This document shows positions 8,256 to 16,257 of a stretch of DNA of 21,494 bases, piece by piece. The notes under the pieces are model-generated. The model made no database searches and had not been told where the DNA came from. It saw only the letters and a list, made by a program, of their open reading frames with translations. The number at the start of each line of letters is the position of its first letter. The first letter of the stretch is position 1. Made by a program: the position numbers and the translations under genes. The stretch is from IMG/VR virus record IMGVR_UViG_3300037420_001897. The stretch is one strand, 5' to 3'. Origin of the DNA: an uncultured virus (IMG/VR IMGVR_UViG_3300037420_001897) (Duplodnaviria > Heunggongvirae > Uroviricota > Caudoviricetes).

Positions 8256-8773
8256 GCCGCGCGCTCCCACCGGAGCTTGTCCTGTCCATAGACGGGTTGC
8301 CAATCGCGGCCAGGCCGGTTGAGCCAACCCTCGCCTTCGCGCGCCTGAACCTCGGCGACGACCCGGAAGCCAGCGCCAAGTTGGCTCGCGCCGCTCTCGC
8401 CGACCAGGGTGTACGTGACTAGCCGCCGGCCGCCGAGCGCCCTGTAGGCCCGCCAAAGCGAGGCCTCCAGGAAGGAGTTCACCGAGCGGGCGACCGAGCC
8501 ACTGGGCGCCCGAGGATGGCGCAGCCGGCCTTTGGGGCCATCGGCCTGGAACGCCGGAAGCACGACGCTGCGCAGGATCTCCGCTGTAACGCCGTCCTGC
8601 AGTTCCCGAGCCACTGGGCGCCCGAGGATGGCGCAGCCGGCCATCTCCTCACCGTCGGAGCAGGCGACGGCCAGCTGGTGACCACGCACCGGCCTCGAAT
8701 GTCGATGGAAGTTCTCCACCAAGGCGTTGGCCTCGCGCAGGCTGACCGGGATGGCGATAAGCTTCCGCGTCAT
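8252..8773 (-). CDS. XF1762-family / Mom-like GNAT protein (putative DNA adenine acyl-modification)
   Basis: SLREANALVENFHRH, GCAILGRPVAR, TAEILR, RLVTYTLVGESGAS-x-GAGF, KLRW motifs; coupled at both ends. Confidence 0.75.
   Translation of the reverse strand: MTRKLIAIPVSLREANALVENFHRHSRPVRGHQLAVACSDGEEMAGCAILGRPVARELQDGVTAEILRSVVLPAFQADGPKGRLRHPRAPSGSVARSVNSFLEASLWRAYRALGGRRLVTYTLVGESGASQLGAGFRVVAEVQAREGEGWLNRPGRDWQPVYGQDKLRWERAA
8494..8642. repeat. Perfect 37-bp direct repeat (8494-8530 and 8606-8642)
   Basis: ccgagccactgggcgcccgaggatggcgcagccggcc occurs twice, offset by 112 bp. Confidence 0.95.
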
Positions 8774-9993
8774 GACAGCGCGCCAATCAGCAGCGGTTGG
8801 ATCGCGCCGTCGGGGTGCACGATGTCCATCGGCGTGTCGGCGACGGGCTCATCGCCTGCCCATCCGTCCGGCCAGGTACCGGCCGCGATCAACTCCCTGA
8901 TCCGCGCCTCCTCTGCGGTGTTGAGGAAGTCGACGCCCGGCCGGCCGAGGCGCGCGGCCGCCGCGTTCACCTCGGCCTGGATCGCGAGCAGCTCGCCCAG
9001 CGCCCAGAGCCTGGCGGCGAACGTCAACGGCCCCATGCGCTGCTTGTTCTTGGCCGTGGCGACCGAGCCGTCGGCGTTCAGGCCGGTCTTCTTCAACCGA
9101 TGCTTCGGCAGGCGCAGGGCGCGGTAGATCGGCTTGACCCGCAGCAGCGGCGCGAGGTGGCCCCAGCCCGGCATGCGCACGATGTTCTCCAGGGCCCGGT
9201 CGCGGCTGGCGAGCGGGCAGCCCATGCAGCCGGTGCGCGCGTCGAGCTCCTCGGCCTCGTCCCCGCCGTACGCGTCGGCCAGCATCTGGGTCGGCCAGGC
9301 GCCGTACTCGGCCATGGGGGCGTAGACCTTCAGCCAGTCCCAGACGTGACACACGCGCCAGTGCAGCAGCGGGGCCAGGGTCGCGATCCGGCCGCGGACG
9401 CCCTTCGAATTCGGCAGCACGGACTGGTACCAGCCCTGTCCACACTCGCCGCCGTCCTTGGCGCAGGCGAGCGAGATGCGCTGGTCGCGGACCGCGCTCT
9501 CGCCCTGGCGCACGCCGGTGATCATCAGGACGTTGCCGTCGATCTCCGACAGCCGCGCCTCGATGGCCGCGGACATGGGCTCGACCTTGATCTGCGGCGT
9601 GCACCACCTGAACGTATTGCTGGGCGGGGGCACGCCGCGGCCCAGCAGGTAGACCAGGTACCGGTCGTCCATCGGGGCGCAGACTACCTCGACGCGGACC
9701 CCGAGCTCCCGCAAGCGCGCCATGATCAGCAGCGCGGCGACCCATAGCGGCGGAAGCTCCAGGCGTGTGTCCGAGATGAAGACGGTGAGCGTCCGGGGCG
9801 CCTCCAGCTGCCCGCTCTGGATGAAGTGCACCACCAGCGTCAGGGTCGCGGTAGAGTCCTTGCCGCCCGACCAGGCGAGCGCCCAGTGCTCATGGCTCGG
9901 CCCGTATGAACGCAGCGACGCGAGCGTGACCTCGGCCGCCTCGCCCACGGGCATTCGATAGCCTTCAAACAGCGACGACTGCGCCCGGCTCAT
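8770..9993 (-). CDS. PAPS-reductase family PP-loop protein, DndC-like
   Basis: WSGGKDS PP-loop, SDTRLE, GVPPPSNTFRWCTPQIKVEP, ITGVRQGESAVR, RTGCMGCPL, MGPLTFAAR. Confidence 0.85.
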   Translation of the reverse strand: MSRAQSSLFEGYRMPVGEAAEVTLASLRSYGPSHEHWALAWSGGKDSTATLTLVVHFIQSGQLEAPRTLTVFISDTRLELPPLWVAALLIMARLRELGVRVEVVCAPMDDRYLVYLLGRGVPPPSNTFRWCTPQIKVEPMSAAIEARLSEIDGNVLMITGVRQGESAVRDQRISLACAKDGGECGQGWYQSVLPNSKGVRGRIATLAPLLHWRVCHVWDWLKVYAPMAEYGAWPTQMLADAYGGDEAEELDARTGCMGCPLASRDRALENIVRMPGWGHLAPLLRVKPIYRALRLPKHRLKKTGLNADGSVATAKNKQRMGPLTFAARLWALGELLAIQAEVNAAAARLGRPGVDFLNTAEEARIRELIAAGTWPDGWAGDEPVADTPMDIVHPDGAIQPLLIGALS

Positions 9994-10166
9994 GCCATCC
10001 CCCGCTCATGGGGGAAGAACCCCGTCGGCACGTGCCTGACGCACCACCAGGTCGAGCCGATGCCGCATGTGCCGTCGGCGGGGCAGAGCGGCTCGGCGCA
10101 GCGGTGGACGTCGGGGCCGCCCTTCTTGCGATCATGGACGGGGCGTGATGCCTGTCGGCGCGTCAT
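9990..10166 (-). CDS. Small Cys/His-rich hypothetical protein (58 aa)
   Basis: ATG 10166, coupled at both ends; C-x4-C-x5-C...WWCVRH. Confidence 0.65.
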   Translation of the reverse strand: MTRRQASRPVHDRKKGGPDVHRCAEPLCPADGTCGIGSTWWCVRHVPTGFFPHERGMA

Positions 10167-10495
10167 GACCCCGGCCTCGCCTGCGGATGCGTCGCGGCGC
10201 GAAGCGGGATCGGAATGCCCCTGCGACGCAGCCCGGTTATGACCGTCGCCGGCACCTTCCGGGCGTTCGGCCCACGGTAGCCGAGCTCGCGCGCGATGGC
10301 GTCGAAGGTGCAGCCGGAGGTGTAGAGGCTGAGCACCTCCCGCTGGCGCGGCGCGATGCTGTGTCCCGAGCCCAGGACGGCGCGCACCTCGTCCACCGCG
10401 CGCTCTGCCGCCTCGGCGATCTCCTCGAAGCTGTCCCCGGCGTGGAAGCACTCGCGCGCCCAGGCGATCTCTTCGGGGTCCCAGGGACGGCTCAC
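10163..10495 (-). CDS. Tandem-HTH DNA-binding protein (GcrA-N-like + LuxR/r4-like)
   Basis: GTG 10495 coupled; WDPEEIAWARECFHAGDSFEEIAEAAER and PRQREVLSLYTSGCTFDAIARELG. Confidence 0.7.
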   Translation of the reverse strand: MSRPWDPEEIAWARECFHAGDSFEEIAEAAERAVDEVRAVLGSGHSIAPRQREVLSLYTSGCTFDAIARELGYRGPNARKVPATVITGLRRRGIPIPLRAATHPQARPGS

Positions 10496-10776
10496 TTGCG
10501 GTTCTCCAGGGTGTGGCAGTCCAGGGGCAGCAGAAGGTCGGTGTGGCCGGGGAAGTAGATGATGGCGAAGAACCGCCCGCCGCGGGCGAACACCCGGGCC
10601 GTGCATTTCGGGAAGTGGCCGCGGCCGTAGCGACCCCTGACCACGGCCTTGAAGGCGGAGGAGGTGCAGAAGAGCGCCACCTCGACCGGTACGTCCCAGC
10701 CCAGGTCGGCCCGTTGCGCCGCGTCCGCGGCTTCCAGGATGTCCGGCAGTGCCGGCGTGGCGAGAGGCGCGTTCAT
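10492..10776 (-). CDS. Hypothetical protein (94 aa)
   Basis: 4-nt overlaps at both ends. Confidence 0.65.
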   Translation of the reverse strand: MNAPLATPALPDILEAADAAQRADLGWDVPVEVALFCTSSAFKAVVRGRYGRGHFPKCTARVFARGGRFFAIIYFPGHTDLLLPLDCHTLENRK

Positions 10777-10973
10777 GCCGCCCGCCGCTGCGCCGCCGGC
10801 AGCCGCACGCGGCGCGCCATGCGCACCGCCGCGGCGTTGGCCCGGTCGAGCTGTTCGTGGAGGTCGGCGTTCAGCGCCCGCGTCTCGACCAGGTCCACGG
10901 TCAGGACCTCGACCTTGGCGACCAGCTGGCGGACGATGTCTTCCGGCTTGATGGTTTCAAAGGCCTGTCTCAT
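10773..10973 (-). CDS. Small coiled-coil hypothetical protein (66 aa)
   Basis: 4-nt overlaps at both ends; heptad-like helix. Confidence 0.65.
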   Translation of the reverse strand: MRQAFETIKPEDIVRQLVAKVEVLTVDLVETRALNADLHEQLDRANAAAVRMARRVRLPAAQRRAA

Positions 10974-13069
10974 GGGGCCGCCTTTGCCAGGGCGAGGTGG
11001 AGATCTGCGGCGTCGACCTCGAAGCAGTCGGCGAGCAGCTCGACCGGGGCGTCGAAGAACGCGATCTGCTGGCGGCTCCAGCGCACGATCCGGGCGTTGA
11101 CCGGCTTCATGCGGACCATGCGATCATCGCTCCGTCGCGGCGGCGCCTTCTTCGGCGCTGGTGCGGGCGCCGGACGGGGGTGGGCCGTGTCGTAGCTCGA
11201 CGGACCCGCGGGGCGGGGCGCGACGCCGTCGGCCGGCACGACGGGGGGCGTGACGTGGGGCGGCAGATCGGCGCGGCCGAGGGCGGCGGCTATGGCGGCA
11301 TCCGAGACCTCCGCCACCGACCCCTGATGTCCCGGCATGGCGACCCGGAAGACCGTCGGGCCCGGGCCCCGGCTGACATGGGCCGGCACGACAAGGCCCC
11401 GCGTCACGAGCCCATCCTTCGCCGCTCGCCACGTGAAGCGGTCCATGCCGACGATCGCCATGACGTCGGTCACGCGGAAGACGAGCAGGCCGTCAGGGTC
11501 GGCGCGGCGCTGCAGTTCGGCCAGGGTCCTGGTCTGCAGCTGCGTCAGGGGCCGGCTCTGCGGCTCCACGGCCGAGATGCCCCCGGGTTCTTCCAGGACC
11601 TCGGCCGTCACGACCGGCACGGGCGCGTCGGTCGGAGGCGGCAGGGGTGCGTCGGGGAGTTGCGGCTCGTCGAATTCCGGTGGGACGTGCAGCGGCGGCG
11701 GGGCTGCGGCCGAGGCCATGCGGCGCGCGCGCCGCTTCATGCCGTGCTTCAGAAACCCGATCGCCTTGTCGCGCGGTGTCTCCGCCCAGCAGAGACCACA
11801 GGTGGCGCAGGCCTCGGTCGCCTTTGCCTGGGCTGGGCACATGATCAGGTCGGGCCGGCCGGGGTCGGCCATGACGACGACGGATCGCTGCGGACCAGGT
11901 TCGGCGTGGCTGGTGCGGATGGCGAAGCGGTTCCAGCGATGCTGGGTCAGGATGGCGATCGCCTCGGCGATCTTGCGGCTCTCGGCATCCTCGTCGTCGG
12001 CGCGGCGCGCGGTGTAGCCGAAGACGTGAAGCGCGGGGTGCGCCGCCAGCATCTCGGCCCAGAACAGGACGTAGCCGACGGAAAAGAAGTCGCCGAGGGT
12101 GTGGAGCCGGACGAGGAAGCCGTCGGGGTACCGCGTCTCCATGGCCGCGATCTCGCCGCGCAGGGCCTGCAGCAGCGCCGCGTCGGCGCGGTGGCGCCGG
12201 GCGAAAGGCATGGCGTTGCCCATGCATCCCGCCCACACGGGGCAGCTGCGGGGGCAGGTCGCGCGCTCCTCCAGCGTGAGGTGGAAGATGGGCCAGCCGG
12301 CGCGGTCGCCCTTCAGCACCTGCTTGCCGAGCTTGGTGTTGTTGTGGCCCGAGACGAGAAGACGCGCGCTCTCATGGGCGCCGACCACCATCTTCGGCCC
12401 GAACAGGCTGCGGCCCTCGACGACGGCGGGGTGCGCCGCGGCCAGGTCGACCACGCGCCCCGGCTCGATGTCGGCCGCCCCATGCCGCGCCACCGCCATG
12501 CGCTTGGGCGCATTGGCGTGCTGGGGCGCGTTGCGGCTGCGCCCGTCCCTGTGCTGCTTCGCCTGGGTGCCACGGGGACGGATCGTCACGCCGGCGTCGT
12601 GGAGCAGGGCATGGACACGGCTGCCGCTGAGCGGCGGGACGAGACGCGCGCCGGTCTCCTCCAGCGACAGCCCCTCCTCCACGTACAGGCGTATCGCCTC
12701 CGGCAGCCGCGTCTCGTTGGCCGCCGACGCCCGCTCCTCGTTGGAGCCGGGCCGCGGGTCAGGTGTGGCGGCCGGCGGGACGCCGCTGCGGAGGAACGTG
12801 ATCACCGCCGCGACATCTTCGTCGGTCACGCCGCAACGGGTGACCTGGCTGGGCGAGAGCCGCGACTGGTCCCCCACGCGGCAGTCGCGGGCCGCGCGCT
12901 TGGCCGGGAACCAGCCGCCGCGGAACAGCGCTGCGCCGGCCAGCACCCGTACCCGAGCTGGATAGTCCGGATACGCGTCCGAGAGCGACGCGCCGCAGGC
13001 CAGGCGCGCCCCTTCAAAGGCCTGTGCGACCAGGCCGTCATAGTCCGGAGTGGCGGCCGCGGCGGTCAA
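10970..13069 (-). CDS. Multidomain protein: HTH + GP88-like Cys-rich (radical-SAM-related) core + C-terminal winged-helix-like region
   Basis: TTG 13069 overlaps the gcrA stop. Core NNTKLG...TCPRSCPVWAGC...VRLHTLGDFFS...FGYT...CPAQ...CATCGLCW...IGFLKHG; HTH AIRLYVEEGLSLEETG; Pro-rich linkers. Confidence 0.72.
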   Translation of the reverse strand: MTAAAATPDYDGLVAQAFEGARLACGASLSDAYPDYPARVRVLAGAALFRGGWFPAKRAARDCRVGDQSRLSPSQVTRCGVTDEDVAAVITFLRSGVPPAATPDPRPGSNEERASAANETRLPEAIRLYVEEGLSLEETGARLVPPLSGSRVHALLHDAGVTIRPRGTQAKQHRDGRSRNAPQHANAPKRMAVARHGAADIEPGRVVDLAAAHPAVVEGRSLFGPKMVVGAHESARLLVSGHNNTKLGKQVLKGDRAGWPIFHLTLEERATCPRSCPVWAGCMGNAMPFARRHRADAALLQALRGEIAAMETRYPDGFLVRLHTLGDFFSVGYVLFWAEMLAAHPALHVFGYTARRADDEDAESRKIAEAIAILTQHRWNRFAIRTSHAEPGPQRSVVVMADPGRPDLIMCPAQAKATEACATCGLCWAETPRDKAIGFLKHGMKRRARRMASAAAPPPLHVPPEFDEPQLPDAPLPPPTDAPVPVVTAEVLEEPGGISAVEPQSRPLTQLQTRTLAELQRRADPDGLLVFRVTDVMAIVGMDRFTWRAAKDGLVTRGLVVPAHVSRGPGPTVFRVAMPGHQGSVAEVSDAAIAAALGRADLPPHVTPPVVPADGVAPRPAGPSSYDTAHPRPAPAPAPKKAPPRRSDDRMVRMKPVNARIVRWSRQQIAFFDAPVELLADCFEVDAADLHLALAKAAP

Positions 13070-13617
13070 AGGTAGCGCCTCAGGCTGCGAGCCAGTTCTC
13101 CGGCGGAGTGCTTGGCTTGCCGCGGCCGGTGGGCGAGCTGCCCATGGGCGACGCAGTACGAGGCGCCATCCGCCTTGCGCCGGCCGCACAGCGTGAAGCC
13201 GTCATCCTGCGGGTCGCCGATGGGCCAGCGGCACATGTGGACGCCGAGCGTCAGCACCGTCGCCGTTCCGGGGCCCTCCTCCTCGTGCCGGATCGGCGTC
13301 GGGGGCTTGGGCTGCGCAGCGATCACGCCGACCGACCAGGCCTCGCCGCTCAGCTTCATGGGCCGATCCGGCTTCACGGGGCGTTCGGGCTTCGCTGCGG
13401 CAGCCGGCCTCGGGGCTGGCGCCGGGCGGGGGGCCTTGAACACGGTCCGCTGCGGTTTTGACGGGGTCGCGCGGCCCGAGAGCCCCACGCGGTGCAACTT
13501 CCCGATCACCGCGTTGCGGCTCACTCCGCCGATCTGCTTGGCGATCTGGCTGGCGGAAAGTCCGTCCTGCCAGAGCTTCTTCAGGAGTTCGACCCGCTCG
13601 TCGGTCCAACCGCTCAT
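13066..13617 (-). CDS. gcrA: GcrA cell-cycle regulator homolog
   Basis: WTDERVELLKKLWQDGLSASQIAKQIGGVSRNAVIGKLHRVGLSGR; TVLTLGVHMCRWPIGDP; YCVAH; ELARSLRRY. Confidence 0.95.
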   Translation of the reverse strand: MSGWTDERVELLKKLWQDGLSASQIAKQIGGVSRNAVIGKLHRVGLSGRATPSKPQRTVFKAPRPAPAPRPAAAAKPERPVKPDRPMKLSGEAWSVGVIAAQPKPPTPIRHEEEGPGTATVLTLGVHMCRWPIGDPQDDGFTLCGRRKADGASYCVAHGQLAHRPRQAKHSAGELARSLRRYL

Positions 13618-13976
13618 GACGCCCCCCAGCCCATGCCATTGGTTTCGGCCGCCGCGCCTCGCTCATGGACCCCGTGCCGCCGGCGCAGCTCCGCGCGCGC
13701 CGCATCGATCAGGGCCTTGAGCTCGCCGTCGGTGCGCCGGCTCAGATCGGCGCCCGCCGCGGGTCGCTCGATGAGTTGGATGGAGCGGGCCTGGCGCGGG
13801 GCGAAGGAGATGAAACCGCGGTCCCTGAGATGGTCGAGCAGCCGCTTGGCCCCGCCCTTGCTGGCCAGGCCGACGCCGGCGGCCACCTCCTGGAACGAGG
13901 GTGAGAACCCATGCTCGTTGGCGTAGCGCCTGACGAAGTCGAGGGCGCGCGCCTGCTGGCGGGTCAGGCCCATCAT
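13614..13976 (-). CDS. LexA-type DNA-binding domain protein lacking the S24 peptidase domain
   Basis: ATG 13976 coupled; LTRQQARALDFV...GFSPSFQEVAAGVGLASKGGAKRLLDHLRDRGFI...ARSIQL; 120 aa. Confidence 0.85.
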   Translation of the reverse strand: MMGLTRQQARALDFVRRYANEHGFSPSFQEVAAGVGLASKGGAKRLLDHLRDRGFISFAPRQARSIQLIERPAAGADLSRRTDGELKALIDAARAELRRRHGVHERGAAAETNGMGWGAS

Positions 13977-14401
13977 GCCGCGGCCCTCCCGGCGAGGCGG
14001 GCGCGGAGCTTGAGGCCGAACGCGTCGCACCAGCGCTCGATGATCGCCACCGCTTCCTCGATGGTCCACGCCATAGCCGTGGCGCAGTGATTGGCGCGGA
14101 CGCGCTCGCCGAAGGTGATCTGATCGTCTTCGAGGCCGTTCTTGCCGACCTTCAGCTCCAGCCAGGAGATCTGGCCGTTGGGCCAGATGAACCCAAGGTC
14201 CCAGACGCCAGCGAGCACGCCCATGGCCTTCAGCTGACCCGCCGTCGCCTTGTCGCGCAGCCCTCCATTGGGGCAGTGAAAAAAGACCACCTCCCGCGGC
14301 AGCGCCACGTTCAGGAAGCGCACCAGCGCCATCTGGAACGCGGTCTCGCTCGGGCTGAGCGGGTACATGGGAGGCGGCCGGCGCTTGCCACCCATCGTCA
14401 A
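13973..14401 (-). CDS. VRR-NUC-like endonuclease (resolvase-type)
   Basis: SETAFQ, FHCPNGG, LKAMGVLAGVWDL, WLELKVGKNGLEDDQ; start TTG 14401 or ATG 14395. Confidence 0.85.
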   Translation of the reverse strand: MTMGGKRRPPPMYPLSPSETAFQMALVRFLNVALPREVVFFHCPNGGLRDKATAGQLKAMGVLAGVWDLGFIWPNGQISWLELKVGKNGLEDDQITFGERVRANHCATAMAWTIEEAVAIIERWCDAFGLKLRARLAGRAAA

Positions 14402-14727
14402 GCCTCCTGCGCCTGAGCCACGAGCGCGCGCGCCATGTCGACGTCGACGCCGTACAGGGTCTCGCCACTGTCCAGGGCGCGGCGCATGACGCTCAGCAGG
14501 CCGGCGCCGACCTCCGGCGTGACCGGCGCGTGGCCGAAGATCTCGCGGTAGAGCGAGGCCTTGCCGTCCCAGTGCGCGAAGACCGAGCCCGTGGAGCGCT
14601 GGGCCCGCGCGGCGATGCCTCGGATGGTGGCGGCGTCGTATCCCACCTCGAGGAAGACGGCCTTGGCGGCGGCCAGGACGATCGCCCTGGTCGCCGCCTT
14701 CTGCTCCGTTCTGGAGGTGGCCTGCAT
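14398..14727 (-). CDS. Short TetR-family HTH protein (109 aa)
   Basis: KAATRAIVLAAAKAVFLEVGYDAATIRGIAARAQRSTGSVFAHWDGKASLY; too short for a full ligand-binding domain. Confidence 0.85.
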   Translation of the reverse strand: MQATSRTEQKAATRAIVLAAAKAVFLEVGYDAATIRGIAARAQRSTGSVFAHWDGKASLYREIFGHAPVTPEVGAGLLSVMRRALDSGETLYGVDVDMARALVAQAQEA

Positions 14728-14729
14728 GG

Positions 14730-15650
14730 TCAGTGGACCGCTTCAGCCGCGCCGCTGGTGCGGCCCGCCTTGGCGTCCTTCACGGCGCGCCGCGGCGCCT
14801 GTTGCGAGATCTCGGCCTCGGAGGCGGCGAAGCCGTCCGCGGCCACATCACCGGTCTCGGCCTGCTGTGCGCCCTCGGCCGCGCCGTCCGGAGCGCCGCC
14901 GCCTTCGTCAGGGTTGCCGTCGCTGTCGGCGCCGGGCTCACCGCCTGCGTCGGGCCCGGCCTTGCCCATCGCCTCGAGGCTTTCGCGGGCCCGGCCGATG
15001 GCCGCCTTCTCCGCCAGCTCATGTGCCTCGCTGCCCGGCTCGGGCGGGTCGAGGTTGACCGGGGCGGCGCCGGCGTTGGGCTGGGACTCGGCGCGGCGCA
15101 GCTCCTGGGCGCGCAGGAACCGCTGCTGCGTGATCTCCTGGCCCTCGACGTAGCCGGCCATGATCACCTGGTGGAACTCGGGCGGATCGCCCGGCTGCAA
15201 CTCCTCCAGCGCGCCGCGAAGGCCGCGGAGCACACCCTCGTTGCGCCACGCCATCTCGTCGCGCGCAGCGGTGGGGGTCTCGGCGCCGGGGAACAGTTCC
15301 GGCTGCACGCCATAGACCGGCTGGCTGAGGATCGCCTTGTCGCGGGCGCGGATGTTCTCGCGCTCGACCAGCGTCGTGGTCTTCTCGCGGCCGTCGAGCT
15401 CCAGAGCCTCCAGGTACTTGCGGCTGTAGTGCCGACCGAGGTCGCCCTTGGCGGCGTTGAACGCCTTCGTCAGCTCCTCGTTGGCGCTGGCCAGGTCGGC
15501 CTTCGCCTCGTCCACCGGGCCTTGGGCCGTCTCGACCTTGGCCTTCGCCTGGCGGATGACCGCCATGTGATAGGTGAGCAGATCGGCATGGTCCTGCTCG
15601 CCTCGGATTTTGCCCACCATGGGCCGGGCAGCGCTCGCGTCGTCGGCCAT
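14730..15650 (-). CDS. Phage hypothetical protein: helical N-terminus, RMF-like motif, acidic disordered tail
   Basis: GGGGAGG upstream of ATG; AWRNEGVLRGLRG...MAGYVEGQ. Confidence 0.75.
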   Translation of the reverse strand: MADDASAARPMVGKIRGEQDHADLLTYHMAVIRQAKAKVETAQGPVDEAKADLASANEELTKAFNAAKGDLGRHYSRKYLEALELDGREKTTTLVERENIRARDKAILSQPVYGVQPELFPGAETPTAARDEMAWRNEGVLRGLRGALEELQPGDPPEFHQVIMAGYVEGQEITQQRFLRAQELRRAESQPNAGAAPVNLDPPEPGSEAHELAEKAAIGRARESLEAMGKAGPDAGGEPGADSDGNPDEGGGAPDGAAEGAQQAETGDVAADGFAASEAEISQQAPRRAVKDAKAGRTSGAAEAVH

Positions 15651-15733
15651 CTATCGGCCTCCCCTGTCTTCACCGGCAGTGGGGCCGGCGCCCATTCTCT
15701 CGGTCGGCCGCGCGCTCTCGGACGCGCTGACCG

Positions 15734-15949
15734 TCAGGCGCGCGTTGCGGCGCGTTCGTCTCGTTCCTGGGCAGCTCGCAGCCGGGCATCGAAGTGTCGG
15801 AGCACGTCGTCGCCGGGCACGGCCGTGGTCCGCCGCGCGAAGCGATGCAGCGCCTCCAGGATCTCGGCCCGGGCCGCCGCTTCTTCGTCCGGCGTGAACC
15901 GGCCTACGAAGGCGTGCTCATCGTGCAGGGCGAGGTGGCGGCCGCTCAT
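15734..15949 (-). CDS. Hypothetical protein (71 aa)
   Basis: ATGA-coupled to the upstream gene. Confidence 0.65.
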   Translation of the reverse strand: MSGRHLALHDEHAFVGRFTPDEEAAARAEILEALHRFARRTTAVPGDDVLRHFDARLRAAQERDERAATRA

Positions 15950-16257
15950 AGGTCGGCCTCGATCAGCTGGCGCACCGCGTCGGGCGGCGGAGCCCTCATG
16001 CTCTGGATGAGGTCGGTCCGGTCGCCGCCCAGCGGGCGGAAGGCGCAGCTGCAGAGAACGAGGCCATCCGGCGTCGGCATGCCCTCCAGCTCCAGGCCAG
16101 CGGCCGGGTATCCGGGAATGCAGTCGTCGCAGGGATTGAGCGGCTCGCCGTCATGGACGCGGGCGACCCGGAAGCGGGCGCCGTGGAAGAACGGCCCCTC
16201 CTGCGTCCCGCGGTACATCTCGGCCCAGATCCCGGGCGCGAACTCGGCGGCGCTCAT
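15946..16257 (-). CDS. Hypothetical protein with CxxC and CxC (103 aa)
   Basis: GGAGGG upstream, coupled; PCDDC, LCSCAFRP. Confidence 0.7.
   Translation of the reverse strand: MSAAEFAPGIWAEMYRGTQEGPFFHGARFRVARVHDGEPLNPCDDCIPGYPAAGLELEGMPTPDGLVLCSCAFRPLGGDRTDLIQSMRAPPPDAVRQLIEADL

Noticed and set aside
8494..8642. 37-bp repeat as a CRISPR array or DGR template/variable pair
   Set aside because: Only two copies, inside a CDS, identical (no adenine-specific mismatches); no cas or reverse transcriptase gene in the window
8479..8685. 68-aa alternative-frame ORF containing AGCAILGRPVAR
   Set aside because: A consequence of the 37-bp duplication, not an independent gene
8770..9993. Complete Dnd/Ssp phosphorothioation system
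   Set aside because: No DndA/B/D/E or Ssp partner is recognisable in the window
3682..13617. dnaB and gcrA as host chromosomal loci
   Set aside because: Both are embedded in a coupled phage operon and lack housekeeping neighbours
15651..15733. Intergenic gap with CTCTCGG twice as a terminator or nut-like site
   Set aside because: No convincing stem with a U-tract; the repeat is too short to support a call
84..16010. Long plus-strand ORFs (e.g. 583-2700, 10997-13075, 14733-16010)
   Set aside because: Antisense shadows of well-supported minus-strand genes in high-GC DNA; no motifs
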